Source: Nymphaea colorata (taxonomy: Eukaryota). Taken from it: a DNA stretch of 64,000 nucleotides. A model generated the notes under the pieces. It searched no databases, was not told the DNA's origin, and was given only the letters and a program-made list of their open reading frames with translations. Below, one piece after another: positions 25,742-39,200 of this stretch (position 1 is its first letter; every line of letters begins with the position of its first letter). The stretch covers positions 10,974,001 through 11,038,000 of the forward strand of contig NC_045138.2 in the NCBI RefSeq assembly GCF_008831285.2, in the 5' to 3' direction. The position numbers and the translations under genes are program-made.

Positions 25742-28700
25742 GGTTATCCATCGAGATTAAGTCATAACGACATTAGTAGACATAAAGAAATGAATTCAAT
25801 TGCTCAGTTATAGTTCCTCTAATGAGATCAACTTGCACTGATATATAGACATTCATGTAAATGATTATAATCCTAAGTACAAAATGATTATAATTATAGT
25901 TCATTGAATGAGTGCAACTTGTACTTACATGTACAAAGATTTATCTAAATGATAAGAGCCGCAAGTAAAGAATGGTGCAAAAGTGCTTTAGTTCCTACAT
26001 TTGCACAAATGTAAATAATCTAATCAGATTAATTTATAATTGCATTCATAGACATTCATTTAAATCACTGTAATCACAAGTATGTAATGAAACAAACGAT
26101 ATTTAGTTCATTCATTTGCATTGTTATAATTCAATCAATGAGTTCATCTATAAATTACATTTATAGAGATTCATTTAAATCAATATAATCACAAGAACGA
26201 GTTTAAGTCCTTCATTTGAGAACATTTATGAATTTGTTTTGTACTTACATCTATGAAAATTCTTTTAAATGATTATGTTCATAAGTATGAAATAATACGA
26301 ATGAGATTAAGGTCAATTTGCACAATTATAGTTCTTCCAATGCCTTTAACTTGTAATTACATTTATAGATATTCGTTAAAATATTTACAATCACAAGGAC
26401 ACATTCATAAAAATGAGGCTCAACTTTTTCATTTGCTCAATTGTAGTTTGTCTAATGAGATTAACTACTAATTACAATTATAGAGATTTAATTAAATGAT
26501 TAGAATCACAAGTATAAAATGACATAACAAGATTAAAGTCCATCATTTAAATATTTTTGGATCAGCAAGTGGATCAATTTGTAATTACATCTAGAGAGAT
26601 TCATTTAATTAAGTGTAAACACAAGTCTATAACGATATGAACGAGTTTTAGCTTTTTATTTGAATAATTTTGGTTCATTTAACAAGTTTAACTTGTAATT
26701 ACATTTATGAAAATTTATTTAAATAATTATAATAACAACCATGCCATAACACAAACATGATTTACGTCCTTAATTTGCTCTATTGCAGTTCATCTAATGA
26801 GATTAAGTTGTAATAACAACTATAAATGTTCATTTAAAAAATGAGAATCACGTACAAAACCATACAGATGAGATTTAGGTTCTTCATTTGTACAATTTTA
26901 GATTATTGATCAGTATAAGTTATAATTACATCCATAGATATTCATTTAAATAATTAGAATCACATGTACGCAATATATAAATGAGATTTAGGTTGCTTAT
27001 TTGTTCTATTGTAATTTGTTTTATGATATTAACTTGTAATGACAGCCATGTAGATTCATATAAGTAATTATAACCGAAAGCACATAATGAAATGAATTAT
27101 TTAGGCTATTCATTTGCACCATTGTAATTCTTCCATTGAGTTTGACTTGTAACTACTTCTATAGAAATTTATTTAAATGCTTTTAATTACAAGTGCATAA
27201 TGAAATTAACACGATTTTGGTCATTCATTTTTGCAATTCTTTATCATTTATTGAGATTAATTTGTAACTGCATTTACAAAAATTCATTTGAAAGATTTTA
27301 ATCACAAGTACATAATGATGTAGATAAAATTTAGGTCATTCATTTGCACAATTATAGTTCTTCGAATGAGTTTAACATGTAGTTACATGTATAAAGATTC
27401 ATTAAATTATTACAATCATAAATAAGTAATGAAATGAACGAGATTTAAATATTTCATTTGCACAACTATAGCTCATCCAATGAGTTTAAATTGTAAATAC
27501 TCAAGATTTATTTAAATCATCATAATCATAAATACATCTAATGAGATTAACATGTAATTACATCTATACATATTCATTTGATTGATTGTAACCAAAAGTA
27601 CATAATTGTATGAATGAAATTTATCTTTTCATTTGTTATATTATAGTTTATCTAACAAGACTAACTTATAATGACATGTACAAATATTCATTTGAATGCT
27701 TATAATCACAAGTATGTAATGAAATCAACGAGAATTAGGTCCTTCATTTGTGTCACTATAGTCCATTATATGAGTTTTACTTGTCATTACGCATATAAAC
27801 ATTCATTTAAACTATTGTAATAACAGGTACATAATAAAATGATCAAGACATAAGTCAGTTATTTTCTCAATTTAAAAAATCTAAAGAGATTAACTTGTAA
27901 TTACATTCATAAAAATTCATTTAAATGATTGTAATCACAAGTACATAAAGAAACGAATGAGACGCAGGTCATTCATTTAGAAAATTGTAGTTTGTCCAAT
28001 GAGATTAAATTGTAATTACATGTATAGAAATTCATTTAAATGATTGTAATCATAAGTACATATTCATATGATTGAGGTTTAAGTCAATCATTTGTGCAGT
28101 TGTAGTTCATCTAATGAGGGTAACTTGTAATTACATCTATAGGAATTCATATAAATGATTGTAATAACAAGTACGTAATGATACAAACAAGATTTACATC
28201 ATTCATTTGCACAATTATAGTTTGTCTAATGAGATTAATTTGTAATGTCAATTGATAGGGATTCATTTAAATGATTAGAATTACACATATTGAAATAAAT
28301 GAGATTTGGGTCTTTCATTTTTATAATTATAATTTCTCACTAGATTAAATAGTAATTATATTTAAAAATATTCATTTGAATGATTATATTCACAAGTATG
28401 TAATGATATGAATGATATTTGGGTCCTTCTTTTGTACAACTTTAGCTTATCTGATGAAAATAACTTGTAATTACATCCATGGAGATTCATTGAATGACTA
28501 AATCACAAGTACAAATAGCACAAATGAGATTGAAGACCTTTATTTGCACACATTTTAGATCTTCTAATGTGATAAACTTGTAATTACTAATCACATAGAT
28601 TCGTCTGATTGATTGTAATCACAAGTTCATTGTCATATATAAAGGTTCTTTTAGCTTGCTATAATCACAAACATTAAATAATATAAACGAGATTTAGGTC

Positions 28701-30395
28701 CTTCATTTGCAAAATTTTAGATCATTAATGAGTTTAACTTGTCATTATATTTTCAAAAATTCATTTAAATTTGATTTATGTCATTCATTTGTTCTGTTGT
28801 GGTTCATCTAATATGTTTAACTTGTAATTACATCTATAGAGATTTAATTAAATGATTATAATTATAGAAATCAAAGACAATACAAATGAGATATAGGTCA
28901 TTCATTTGTACTATTATAGTTTGTATGTTATGATTAACTTGTAATTAGATGAATTAAGATTAATTTGATTGATTGTAATCTCAAGTACATAATCCAATGA
29001 ACGAGATTTAGATATGTCATTTGTATACTTGTTGATCATCCAATGACTTTAACTTGTAATTATATATATAGTGATTCATTTAAATGACTATAATCATAAG
29101 TACATAATGTTACAAATGAGATTTATATCTTCCTTTTGTACAATTGTAGATTATCTAATGAGATTGTCCATGTACAAAGATTCATTTCCATGATTGTAAT
29201 CACAAGTTTGTAATGATATGAACGATATTTATGTCTTTTATTTATACAATTGTACTTCATACAATAGATCTTAACTTGTAATTACATGTATAAAGGTTCC
29301 TTTGATTGAATAGAATTGAAAGTATGAAATCATATTAATGATATTTAAGTCATTTATTTTCATAATTTTATATAATATGATGATATTACCTTAAAATTAT
29401 ATTAATATATATTCATTTAAATGATTGTATTTATAAGTATATAAGCAAATGAATGAGATTTAAGTCCTTCATTTGCATATTTGTTATTCATCCAATGAGA
29501 TTAAAAATGTAATGACATCCATAGAATTTCATTTAAATGATTATATATAACACATGTATGTAATGAAAGATTAAAATTTAGGTCATTCATTTGCATCATT
29601 TTAGTTTATCAAATGAGTTTAACTTGTAATTACAATTATAGAGATTTATTTAAATGATTATAACAAGTATGCAATGCAAATGAACATGATTTAGTTCTTC
29701 ATTTGTACAATTGTAGTTCATCCAATGAGTTTAACTTGCATTTACATTTATATAGATTCATTTAAATGACTTCAATCACATGTACGTAATGAAATGAAGA
29801 GATTTACGTCATTCATTTGCACAATTTTAGATCTTTTAATGAAATTAACTTGCAATAACATCTCTAGATATTCATTTCAATGATTATATTCAGAAGTACA
29901 TAATGTCACATACAAGATTTATGTCCTTTATTTTCTCAATTGTAGATAATTTAATGAGATTAACTTGTAATTACATCTACAGATTCATTTAAATGTATGA
30001 AAATTATACAAATGATATTTATGTCATTCATTTACACAATCTTAAAGTACTAATGAGTTTTATGTATAATACAATCTACATATATTCATTTAAATAATTA
30101 TAATCATACATTTGTAACAAAATGAATGAGATTTAGGACATTCTTGTGCACAATCGTAGTTTGTCTAATGTGGTTAATTTATAATGACATCCATACACAT
30201 TCATTTAAATGATTATAATCACAAGTACATAATGAAATGAATGACATTTTAGACTCTATTGTAGTTTTTCCAATGTGTTTAGCTTCTAATTGCATAGATA
30301 CATATTTACTTGATTTATTCTAATCACAAGTGTGTAATGAAATGAACAAGATTTCAGTCATTCATTTGCACAATTGTACTTCATTCAATAAAATC
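25742..30395 (+). repeat. 115-bp tandem repeat, block D (about 40 monomers, about 4.65 kb)
   Basis: TTCAT anchor recurs at 27916, 28031 and 28146 (period 115); monomers are visibly diverged from one another. Confidence 0.96.
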
Positions 30396-30399
30396 AAAA

Positions 30400-32103
30400 A
30401 CTTATGCTCCTAGATGCCTGAGCCTACAATGCCACAGTTCGGCCTTCTCTTATTCAAAACAGAAATGAACAGCTTTGGAGAAGTGCCTCCTTGGTTCACC
30501 AACCATTGATATAATCCTTCATGAAGCAAACTTTGGTGTAGCATTCTGTTTACAGTTTGATGGGTGAAACTCAAAATAATAGTTGAAAGGTTCAAGACAC
30601 ACCTTACATGTTCATGTTTAAAGCTACTATGTTGTCCACAAGCACTTAATCAGTTCTAGATAATGGGTTTGATCCTTGATGGATGAAGTGTTTGCAATCA
30701 TATGATGGGAAGGTCCATGTCATGGTACCCTATAGGATTAGAAGAGGTATTTATGGACCAAGCAACAAAAGCCTTAGGAATGTCATAACATTGGCTGGAG
30801 TTGTGAATTTTACACTATAGATTTGACATATAATAAGTTTTCACTTGAACTGGACGCATTTAAATTCTATGGCTTGATTGAATTGGCTCATAGTTGTAGT
30901 GTTCTTGTAGTACCCATTACTTCCTCCATAATTCGGACGATAGCTGCTTTTGTAATGTCCTTTGCCACTACCTCTATTATTGTTCCATCGACCTTTATTT
31001 GCTTGTGACATGAAGGTGACTGCTATAGACTCTTAAGTTGCTTTCTTGTATAAAGGAGCTCTATGGGACTTGTTTTTCTTGATTAGGTAGCAAGTCATTG
31101 ATCTCAGTAAAGGAAGACAGCATCATAAACATAGTGACCATGGTACAAAGCTCTCATGTTGAATAGGTAAACTGTTGAGAATGTGTAAGACTAAATCTAT
31201 ATCAGCCACATTTTCACTTGCTGAACTTTAAGAATTGTCAAGGAACCTTTACCTTTGCCAAAAATTCTAGCATGCACTGATCTTGCTTCTTGAAGTTCTG
31301 AAGATCCTGCTTCACTTGAAGAATTGGGAGAGTAGAAAATGATGCATACGGCTGCTCCAAGGCTTCCCATGCCTTATAGGCTGATGGAATCCTCACTATA
31401 TGGTTGAGAACTGCTTCACTAACAGTTGTTTTAATCCAACTAAGAGCGAATTCGGCTTCTTTACAAGTTAAGCAGTCAGGATTCAGAACGGTTTTCTTAT
31501 TTTTTACAATGGTAGCCACAAGAGGTTTTGATGAACCATCCACATACCAAGAAGTCCTGAGAATACATTACTGTTGAGACATCAATAGCAAATAAATTTG
31601 TTTTGTCCAGTTCGATAGAAACAAGGCTAGCAAGGGCATTTCACTGCATCACTGAATTCAAAGAAGAACCACAATGAACTAGCAATCAACTGAACCACCA
31701 TGCGAACAAGAGATAAGGACAATGGAGAAGCAACTCAGAGCACAAAGCTCTAATACCATGTTAAACCTGAAGAAGGAGAGATCAAACACAAACTCACACA
31801 CAATAGGAACACACTGATGATAGTGGTTCAGCACAAAAGGCTTACCTCCACTTTTCTCTCTCTATTTTCACCGGGTTAAATGAGAAAGGTTCCACTATTT
31901 TATCAATCGTTCACAAAGATAGTGGAAAGATTATCTCCAACACGTTTTTATTTTTATAAAACTTACTACTTTTTGTTTAATTTCTACTGTTTTTGAAATT
32001 CTCTTAAACTGGTGCCCTCCACGATTTTGTCTTTCCTTATTATTGGCATGGTGTTTGAGAGCCCCTGTAACTTCCTTGCTTTTATGTAACCGTTCTGCTA
32101 ACA
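30400..32103 (-). mobile_element. Second Ty1/copia remnant: 5' LTR, PBS, gag and a pre-integrase fragment
   Basis: LTR 31759-32103 (TG...CA); PBS TGGTATTAGAGC on the minus strand (31747-31758); gag LSWIKTTVSEAVL...AWEALEQ; ELWHCRLRH at about 30412-30440. Confidence 0.88.
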
Positions 32104-33529
32104 CTCTAGAAGATTTTCATCTCAATATGCTTCATAATGCTCTTACCATTTCTACCCACTTGCAATGTTAAAAGGCTCTCATCTTTTATTTCATTAATAG
32201 CTAACAACCAAACAGCAACAACAAGCTGGTCTAAATGTAAAATGCTTAAGCAGGTCTTCAAAGGGCAATTCACTTGACACATCAGGCTGTTGAATACAAA
32301 TAATTTAGATGATGACCAGTCACTTAACAATAAAAGGGTTACGTGGCGTACTGTAGATTGCTTGACAAGTTGTTTAGTGTAAGCCCCAATCCAAACCGAT
32401 CAACAGGTGGTATTTGGTAGGAACTCTTGGTCAGTTAAGTTTTTTTTGCTGGAAGTATATAAGAATTAAATGACCGAGAAGCAGGTGGCTTATTATGGCA
32501 CTTAGCAATGTGACAATGGCAGGTAGCGTTTTGGGATCAACCCTTTGTGGACAGCAATACATTGGATGGCATTTGCAATAATGACAAGAATATGATTCGC
32601 TGGCAGGAAATGCGCAGCTCTCTGCCAGCAGGTGCAACCTACTTTTAAAATAGAGAGAATTCTGTGGCAAAGACGGGTCAGAGATCTTCCCACCAACCAA
32701 ATGACAGGGGGTGCGATCCCCGCTGTCGATGCCGGAAAGTAGAGGATGGGTGGGGAGTTACAGTAGGTAATAACAGCTGCATCTTACCTGAGTCTTGTTG
32801 TTGCATTTTCTACATGAATCGTCCTTTCTTAGTCATTATTAATCATTTTAATATTTGACTACAAACAATCGTCGGTTGCCTTTTATTAATTATTAAATGA
32901 GGAGAAACGAAGTTAAAGAAGTCTGGTTTCGAGAACTCAACCACCAAGAACCTTATACGTTGAGATGAGACCTCTCCCCCCCTTTACTACTGAATCCCCA
33001 ACCCCATAAATGAATATATATTTCACTAGTCCACTTGAGATCCTGATCACATGGACAGGACATTGGGCCACCTTTAATGTATTCTATGGCTAGAATATGC
33101 TCAACAAGATTCCGTCCTCACCGACACCCCAAACCGCGTCACCCGTTCATGGGGAAAGGAGCCTTGAGAAGAACTTGTCGATTACAGTTCATACCGGTTG
33201 AATTATTTGAGGCCGTTCCCATTTCCCCACTTGTTTTAATTATAGAAGAGCACAAAATAAAGGATTATTTTCAGGTCTAGAGTTCCTTTGTGCTTCACAT
33301 GCTACGCCATCACAAGATGGTGTATTCCATCCCTACATTAATATTCATGACTGCATGCCCCACATAAATTCGGTTCTTTCTTGACTGTAAAACTTTCTAA
33401 GTGCTCTAGCTAATATGGAGTATACCCAACTTCTGATCTCTGTCACTGTGAGGCGAATTGACTCTACAAATAAACGAGCAGAGACGTTTTTGGCAGCAGT
33501 GTAGAACAATGTTGTTAGCATCAATGCTG

Positions 33530-33713
33530 TCGGTGCCCTATGGTTTTGTTCAATGCTCACCAGTATGCGTCAAGCTGTGGCAAGGTTGCATGGACCCACT
33601 TTTCTTTTCTCATTTAAAAAATAATTTAAATATTTAAACTTAATTTAAAGTTTAAAGAAATAAGGATCTGTACTAGCCAGCAACGTATTGGCAAGCAGCC
33701 AATGCAGGAGCCC
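33530..33713. mobile_element. Possible degenerate Tourist-like MITE
   Basis: Weak inverted similarity (TGCTCACCAGTATG vs CGTATTGGCAAGCA) around an AT-rich core; no TSD seen. Confidence 0.3.
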
Positions 33714-34582
33714 CGATTTTAATAAACATGAGCGTCATTTTTTGGTGCTGTTTTTCTTCTTTCTTTTCCCCCTTCTTTTCTGCCTGCCTGCGTCGCTTTG
33801 ATTTTGCTCGACGGTGGCGAAAATGAAGTTCAACTTTTCCACTTTAGTGTTGGTTGAGAAAAAGTGGTGGGAGCTATCAAAATAAAGCAAAGAATCGTAG
33901 AAATTAACTACAGTGGAAATCAAGCAACAAAGAAGCCGAAAGATCAATATTCACCACTAGCTGCATATCTAACATGTCACACGAATTAATACGGCTGACA
34001 ATCCAGCTCGAGCAAATTGACCTTTGCATTTTGTTCACAAGAATCAAGACACATATCAACCGCCGTCAATGGCACATCCAGTGGTCGTGAATAAAATTAA
34101 ACCATCCACTATAAATTACAAATTAATGATCCACCAGCAATTACATACACAAATGAAAAAAATACAGTCTTGGACAAAGAAGAAAGGAAGGAGATCAAAC
34201 TACCAAGACAGCCGTTCACCTTTTAAATAATTACCAAAATCTTCCCGAATTCTACACAGTATTTAGAAGAGACAACTAATACAATTACTTATCCCAATAG
34301 CCAAAGGCATGAATGACCTTTTCACATCAAATCAAGCAAATGAATTGGCTTTCAAATCTCCATAGATGACACCAAGAGCCACATCCAGGCTCCTAACTGA
34401 TGTTCTCTTGAAGGCCAATTTGTCACCCGCTAATATCAATTCATCCTTCAACGAAAAAATAGAGACAAACAATACTTACAAGCCATTAGACATCCATGGA
34501 AGGACAGAATACAGCTTAATTTTGTCTTCATGAGATGTAAACGATTTATTCGAGAAAAGGAGACAACGAAAAGATCCCCAAC

Positions 34583-35062
34583 CTAACCTTCCTTCCTGGA
34601 TCCGTCGTCGAAGTTCTTGGCGTAGTTGAAGGAATCATACTGAAACCTCTGAATCGGAGGGTTGGAGACCATCAATTTCTTGATCTGAGCCCTCACCACA
34701 TTGAAGACGTGACCCCAACCTGATCTGTGTCCATAGCCCAACATGGCGTCCCCTTCGTTGGTCTCAAGATCCCTGAAGAACCCATCCTTCTTGGAGGAAA
34801 ACCAACCCCATCCCCACTGCCACCACCTCCTCAGGGAGCTCCCAGCCGCATCTCCAATGGCAGACATGGACTTGGATCTCCTGACAGACCAAGAGAAGGA
34901 ACTAGTGGCTGCATCAGAAGATCTCGAGTCAGAGGGGTACATCTGGCAGAGGGAGATGATTCTCTTTCTGAGGCCACCACCGTCTGCCGTCTTTTGCTCC
35001 CTCTGCGAGATGGGTAACGCAGCGTTGCCCTCCCCATGCAGAGATCTGAAGATGGTAGCCAT
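34583..35062 (-). CDS. Intronless uncharacterised plant protein, 159 aa (MATIFRSL...RRWWQWGWGW...FQYDSFNYAKNFDDGSRKEG)
   Basis: GC-rich uninterrupted ORF; ATG in good context (ATCATGGC on the minus strand). Contains RRSKSMS, a Trp-rich WWxWGWxW block, RDLExNE and the C-terminal YDxxxYxxNFDDG motif that I recognise from small plant proteins. An upstream in-frame ATG at 35194 could extend it. Confidence 0.88.
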   Translation of the reverse strand: MATIFRSLHGEGNAALPISQREQKTADGGGLRKRIISLCQMYPSDSRSSDAATSSFSWSVRRSKSMSAIGDAAGSSLRRWWQWGWGWFSSKKDGFFRDLETNEGDAMLGYGHRSGWGHVFNVVRAQIKKLMVSNPPIQRFQYDSFNYAKNFDDGSRKEG

Positions 35063-36229
35063 GATTGATGGACGAGGCGGAGAGATCTGAGCTTGAAGGA
35101 AGGAGAAGTTGCGCGTCTTTATTTCAAGCAGTACTCGAGGCCTAAGAGCAGCAGGAGCTGCTAGTTGGGAAAAAGAAAAAGCAGAATTTTTCATGCGCAA
35201 GCTAACTTATTCCTATTTTCCTACAAGGGCTTCGTGCTGGCAAATATTTTGCCGACGACAACCTACTTTGAAGGTTATGCTGAAACTTAGTCTAAGATTC
35301 GGCGGAAAATGAGGTCACTGGTCTATTAGAATTACCCTTTTCTATAAGCAGTTCAAAATTTCAAGGGTCATACGAAAAAAGTAAAAAGATTTTGATACGA
35401 GATGTAGGCTGAAACGTGTACATTGCAACGATGAAGTCTGAGGTTTTATATGATAAATATAGGGAAACGGAGTTAAGTAGCTCCTGACTGAAATTTTTTT
35501 CTGAAAAGAAAAGGAAAAGGAAAAAGAGAAGTTGAAATAAATGCTAAGAAGTCCAGCTAGAGACCGCTTGTTTGCTTTTGTGGTTGGGGGGCCACACTGA
35601 GAGCACAAAGCTGGAGAACGAGAGGCGGAGGGTTGAGGTTGTGGGGTCTTGCTCAATACGAGTGTGAGGGTGAGCTGGCAGATCTGCCGACACTGAGAAA
35701 ACCTCGGGGCGGTGCATTGAAAATTTGAAGCGTTAATTAAAAGAACGGGATGGTCGTGTGCTGCTTTTATGCACGAAAACCGCTTTCAGTTTTTGCAAAC
35801 TTTCTACTGGAAAAAAAACAAGGAAAATTAAGCTACATTTCATCCTAAGTCTCATAAGCATGTTTTTGCTCTTCTGCATTACCTGGTTCCCTTCGCCCAC
35901 TCTGTAGTAGAGGTATTTATATGTATCCATAGCTCTCTACTCGTACACGGACTGCCTATTCGTACACCTACGTATATTAATACAACTTTGCTATGATACT
36001 CTCGGGTCGGTGACATTCACTTCCAAGCACATGGCAAGTGGAAGAGCCCATTACATAATTTTGGACTTTGCATAGCGTGTATGTCATGTACACGTGCAAA
36101 AGACCCGAGGAGTACGAATCTAAAGAAAGTAGAAGAGAAAAATAGCGAACATGAGGCACTGGTAGTTTGATAATTGTTTCATTGCACAGAATAGAGAGAG
36201 CGTCCTGTCTACCACACCATTGTTTTGTT

Positions 36230-39200
36230 TGTCAAAAAACATCGTTGTTTGTTGTCCAACATTTGTTTTGTTTTCTACGCCTGTGATTAGTAAGCAACTT
36301 TTTCCAGCTCTTACATTCCAGCTGAGAATTCCAATAGGGTCTAGCTTGGGTTAGAAAAATGATCAAAAGACCTCTCCAAGGTGTAGATGAACTCTTAGTT
36401 TGGAGATCGTTTGCCTCCTCAAACTGGGCCCGAAACAGGCAGATGAAGACTATCAACCCTGGCTGCACAAATCGCTCAAATAACCGACTTCCGGTGGCCA
36501 GTTCTAACTGAAGGGCGCTCTGATTTGCGCAATCTATGGCTCATCGGAAGGAATGGAACGTCGAAGGAACCCTAGAGAGCCATGATCTGAGTTATTTTAG
36601 CAGACGAAGCACAACTACGAACATGGCACGTGAATCAGCTCGATAGACTGTTCCTCGAATAGTTGTAGGGCATGTCTTTGCTAGCTTTTGGAGATCAATC
36701 TGCACTGGGCCGTGTAGTCCCCTAGACGAATGAATTGAGGGTCTCGAAGAGGGGTCTTAGGTGAGTCTATAGTAGCAAGTGGGGTGGAAAGGGGGCGAGT
36801 TGGCTAGGTGAATCAATTTGAAAAACAGTTGGTATATGGCTCAGATTTGAGCTTGGGGACTTTTAAAATTAACGAGCAATGCGGGCTCCAATGCATTTGG
36901 GGGGCATCTAGGAGGAGGTGTGAAATAGAAGGAGGTGGCTAGGAAAGCCAAAGAATATAGCTGCGATCGCTGCATTCTGACAAAAGGGGCAAATTCCGCT
37001 AGAATTGGATTAAATGCTTAAATTGGATGGTTCTTATATCATTAATGGTTTTGGGTCAATAGATTAGAGGTTGGGGAATCAGATTCTATAGTGAGTTGGG
37101 AAATCTAACCAGAATACAGTAGGTTTTGGTGGAAAATCAAAGGTTAGGCATATCAGTAGAGAGGGAAATGAGAAAACAGGATCTACCTAGAAATTGATCG
37201 GTGATGGTGGAGGAAAATGTCGAGCAACATCGAATTAGTAGACTGGACACCGGAAAACGACATCCTGTCAGTTGGTTGCCATTGATGTGGCTAATGCCTG
37301 TCGGAATTCTTCACTGCAAGGCTGAATCAAGGGAGCTATGAGGTGTGCATGAGAGAGAGAGTGAGCAAGAGGGAGAGTTGCAGCTGCACGGGTAGAGGGA
37401 GATGGACGGACTCCGCGAGAGAGAGGACAAGCAGTTAGAATGCGTTTGTCCGACATTGTTTAGAACAGGTTGGGCCTTTATAACCCCTGTTCCACATGCA
37501 GCCTATTCTGCATATGCTACATGTGACGTGTGCATTGGCTGCATGGAAAATGGAACCGACTGTGATGTTCCATGGTGTTCAGCAAATTCGAATGGCCTCT
37601 AAGGTTTAACGTGGTTCAACCTTGCCCTAGCGACCGGCAAATTTACCACCTCGTAATTCTGCCAATAGAACTCACATGAGAAAGTTTGGCTTTCCGATTG
37701 TAGCGGCTAAAAAGACCAACTGCATGAGTCATGTGAGGGCGAGTCAATGTTAAATATATTAGCTTGCAACCAATCTTTGAATTCTCTGCTTATCTTACTT
37801 CAATGTCTTCACCATTGTTTTCACGAGGTAGTTTGGCTTCAATCTTAGCATCGATAAGATGAGCTCCAAGCTTTTTCCATTTCTTTGAGAATGACAAGAG
37901 CATGGTTCTGAGCAAACAAGATCACTGTAGTGTAGCTTAAGAATAATTTGAGTTTCACTTTCTGTTCTAGAATCCCTATTTTAGTTCTAGATGAGATGCC
38001 CAAATTCACTGTCACTGTGCCTCCAAATTGACAGAATCTGAGCTCAACAAGAACTAGTCAACTCACACTAAATTGGAACAACCGTGTTCTTCTTCTTTGT
38101 TGGATCTGAGTATCTTTAGCTCATTTTGAGTTGATTGTTCTTAGATTGAGCAGAATTGCATTTTTACAAATTCATTAGGGTTGTCCAGTTCCAGACATGT
38201 CACCCAGTTTGCAGCACAACTTCTGAGCTCATTTCTGGTCAATCTGAGAGTCAATTTTCCAGTTTTTTTCACATGGTTTCGATTAGATGAACTTCACCAA
38301 AATATTCCTGAGTTTAGTTTGAGTTGGCATGTCCTAAGTCATGTTTTCCAAAATTGTCCTTCATGATCACTCTAGAAAGAGTCTTTTTGAACCATGTGAT
38401 TTAAAAAATAAAGACAAATGGAATTTTCATCTGAAATTCAGCTTCTGCCTAGAACTTGACTCGACCATGTTATGGTATGGGCAATCTACCCACACAGTCC
38501 ATAGAACATAATTTGTGTGTCAAGGGAAAAATTGTTATTTTTATACGAGCATTATTTCTTTATAAACCTAAGCAAGGAGTCATCTGATCCTAAGTTAGGA
38601 TAATACATGCACTCAGATTGAGCATACTTGGCTCACAATGAACCTACTTTGAGCCTGAGCTAAGCCAACTTCATTGAGCTTAGTTGAACTTGCATCCAAC
38701 CTGGTTTGGGCTGAACTGAGAATTAGATCGAGCCTAGGTCATTCATGAATTAATTGAGTTTGAACCCATCTAGCCTAGAGTAAACTAGGTTAGAGTATGC
38801 TAAGTCTAGATCCTCAATCCAAATCACTATTTCAATTTCAGATCTATGATATGTATCTGTTCATATTCATATCTCATTTCCAAATCTCTGATCTCATGTC
38901 TTAAATCCATATCAAATATCATATTCAAATCTATTTTCTAGAACTTTCTTAGGATCCAAACCTTGCTTTGAATTTTCATTTGGATCAAATTAAATATGGA
39001 TTTCAAAATTTGAATCTTAATTTGGATATTGCATTTGGAGTTTTAGATCTAGATCTCAATTCACTTGGATCATGATTTTAGATCTTACAAAGAATTGGAT
39101 TTCTATTTGGATTTTGGATAACATGTCTAGGACTTCTTATCTCATGTCTTATAATTTGGATCACAATTTCAGACCTTATAGGATTAGATCCCAATTTGAA

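Noticed and set aside
25742..30395. CRISPR-like array
   Set aside because: Contiguous diverged 115-bp monomers without unique spacers, no cas genes, and a plant nuclear context.
34727..35090. Plus-strand ORFs of 96 and 115 aa
   Set aside because: Antisense shadows of the GC-rich real CDS, with no recognisable motifs.
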